Shown: positions 61,500 through 64,000 of the stretch, in pieces | Numbering within the stretch: position 1 is the first letter of the stretch | Layout: each line of letters opens with the position of its first letter | NCBI RefSeq assembly: GCF_964204645.1 | Contig: NC_134034.1 | Location: 11,978,962-12,042,961, forward strand | DNA length: 64,000 nucleotides | Direction: 5' to 3' | From: Tubulanus polymorphus | Lineage: Eukaryota > Animalia > Nemertea | Notes under the pieces: model-generated | The model's database searches: none | Told to the model about the DNA's origin: nothing | The model's input: only the letters and a program-made list of their open reading frames with translations | Made by a program: the position numbers and the translations under genes

Positions 61500-62285
61500 T
61501 GGAACAAAACTAATGTCCGAAAGCGTCAGCTCTCCTTCACCGGCCATGTGTCGAGGATGTCAGACAAAGAGTCGGTCAGGAAATTCTGCCCTCTACACGC
61601 CCTCATACGGAACACGAAAACTAGGATGACGAGGCCTCACTGCCCCCACCTATCTACAAAGTGTGCTGAGTGATGTCAATGACGGGCATATCTGTGGGAT
61701 TGCGCGGGATACAAATGGAATGGTTATACTGGATTGTCACGCTACTAGCATTCATTGTGTCCTTGTGACCGCCCGGATGAGGGATGATTCTACTGTCACG
61801 CTCTTTGTTTCTGGTATTCTGAGTCGACTGAGGGATGATTCTACTGTCACGCTCTTTGATTTCTAGTTTCAGTGCTAGTTTTCATTGTGTCCTTGTGATA
61901 ACCCCGGTCAGTGGATGAAGTCTCTCGTCGGCTTGTGAGTGCTAGTTTCATTGTGTCCTTGTGACAACCTCGGTCAGTGGATGAAGTCTCTTGTCACGCT
62001 TTTGGGTGCTAGTTGAGATCCTGAATCTCAACCCGGTCAAGCTGGTTGTACTGCGCTATTTGTGTTTCGTGCAATTTTACAGGTGTGTCAGTTACTGACG
62101 TCGCCCAGTACATCCTGCAGTTAGATGGGGAATGTGAGGCTTTGTCAATCTGGTTTTCGTGTTCTGTGTGAGGGCGTGTAGAGGGCAGTATATTCCTGGC
62201 TGGCTCATTGTCTGGTGTTCTCGGCATGTGACCGGCGACGGAGAGCTGAAAAGCTTTCGAACATTAGTTTTGTTCCGTACCAGGT
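61500..62285. mobile_element. Two inverted 3' fragments of an RTE-like non-LTR retrotransposon (~61500-61745 +, ~62050-62285 -) separated by short tandem repeats
   Basis: Translation RKRQLSFTGHVSRMSDKE...ALYTPSYGTRKLG (frameshifted) resembles the R..L...GHV.RM...G.R..GRP C-terminus of RTE-clade ORF2. Both copies begin ggaacaaaactaatgt. The repeats ttcattgtgtccttgtga... lie at 61750-62005. Confidence 0.65.
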
Positions 62286-62879
62286 TTTCATCGCTCTTCT
62301 CTTTTTTTTTCATTTCAGGACTCCCAAGATGAAGAAGATGCTGAAGGCGACTACAGAAGATGGCGAAAAAAGAACACTGAATTCAGCAATATTGAAAGTT
62401 AAGTTGATCCATGTGTAAATTACAATGTATGATACAGAAAGGATTGTGTAACTACAGAATATCGTTCTTTTACTCATTTCAGGTTAATCCGGAAAGGCCC
62501 ATCTTAAATCTACCCACTAGAAGTGCCCACAAAAGACTCCACGTTGAATGAACCAAACACCAAAAGACCTGAGCAACCAAACCTGGCAGTCTCATCCTGC
62601 ATGGCAACAGGAATGCATACATACATAAAGCTAAGTTGATTTTTCATATCTGGGGTAGAAGGCATAGGCACTGGTGAGGATACAGACGCTGGTCAAACTC
62701 ACCATCTCCGCACTACTTTATTGAAGCTCTATGGCCGGTATGTTGTTAAAAGTAAATTGAAATATAGCTATGGCAATGATTGCTTGAGTATTTACAATAT
62801 TAGATGAAATGATTGAGTGAGGTCCCTTGAACATTCTTTGGTCTGATAATTAAAGGTAGATTGGTCAGTTATTGATTAA

Positions 62880-64000
62880 AAGATTTTTTAAGTATGTACA
62901 ATTAAGGTAAATTCAATATCTTATGTGAAATTTTCCGAATGTACCGTAGATATTTCAGGATATATAGATAGGACAATTTACTAATTAACCAATCACTTAG
63001 ATATTAGCAATCATTCAATATCTTATAATGTTTGACGAGAATTTCTTCAGGTGTAGATATTTTAGGGCCCCTATATACATTTAGGCTGGCTTTACTAGTA
63101 AAGATATATATCAATTAAACTTAATCGTCGGTTAATAGATTTTTTTACAAATAATATATTGATACATATGTCATTTATAAACATTCAGTCACTTTACAGT
63201 ATATATTATATGCTGCTTTACCCATTGCATTAATGAATTCCTGGGGGAAAGATGTATGAAATATTGTCTAGGGCTCTATCGAGATCTGGTGTGATATATA
63301 TGGGGAAAACTATGGACTGCGGGTCTTTTAGAAACTGTGATTAGGTCTCAGCACTTTGATAAATCTAGAATAAAGAAAGCTTTAATTAATCCAAATCATT
63401 CCCCAGAGCCATACTCTGTGCCTTGTTTTGGGCTATGATTATTGTTTAACTGACAATCATCATATATATATAGCTAGGAAAAATTGCTCATTAACCAATG
63501 GCTTAGATATCCACAATTAAGATGAATTTAATATTTCATGTAAGATCAAAAACTATTTATATGCTATGTATGAAATAATTTATATGTGATACAGGTTCAT
63601 TATAAATATCATTAAACTGGCAATTGAGATATAGCTGATATATGTATATTTGAGCATATCTATATAATAAGTGAATCAGTCTCTTTGACTGATCAGTATT
63701 TATATTTCCAACTGCCGTACTTACGGCGACTGGTCATGCTCTTCAATATTGCCAAAAATTTACCAAAACCTTACTGATTCAAATGATATCTAAAAGCCAT
63801 AGGCCTACTGTGTGTCAAGTGACGCATAATAGATATATTTTATTAACTGACAATTAGAATATAGCTAAGATGAATTACTCATTAACGTATTACTTAGATA
63901 TCTACAATTAAGGTTAATTCAATTGTTATGTGAAATTATTTTTAATTCAAGTCCATTGACATTTAAAATGTAGCTGATACATGTGTATCTGAGCAAATTA
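62880..64000 (+). repeat. AT-rich, CpG-poor degenerate long-period repeat
   Basis: acaattaag.t.aatt.aat.t.ttatgt and ttaactgacaat...cttagatat recur at ~62900, ~63000, ~63445-63540 and ~63842-63935. Confidence 0.55.

Overview
Eukaryotic genomic DNA from an invertebrate bilaterian, probably a spiralian (inferred from the NeuroD sequence, GT-AG introns and retained CpG). Six protein-coding loci can be reconstructed by hand. (1) The 5' exons of an SLC5A8/SLC5A6-like Na+/solute symporter (- strand, running off the left edge). (2) A complete 5-exon EAF (ELL-associated factor) gene, head-to-head with it. (3) An SLC16/MCT transporter (- strand) with an internal frameshift in TM7. (4) A class A orphan GPCR with an intronless CDS. 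(5) NeuroD, isolated by about 15 kb without recognisable genes on each side. (6) An 18-exon, ~1060-aa DUF4062-NACHT-TPR STAND NTPase (NPHP3/TEP1/TTC41-like) that starts MGCGSSS and ends KKRQFQCLAF, so it has candidate lipid anchors at both ends. The non-coding DNA holds several MITE families (Harbinger-like with CWG target duplications, piggyBac-like, a 9-bp-TSD foldback, hAT-like), minisatellites, RTE-like LINE remnants, and degenerate minimal type I hammerhead ribozyme motifs in inverted pairs, as in Penelope-like elements. No rRNA, intact tRNA or CRISPR array was found. All family assignments come from motif recognition, not database searches.
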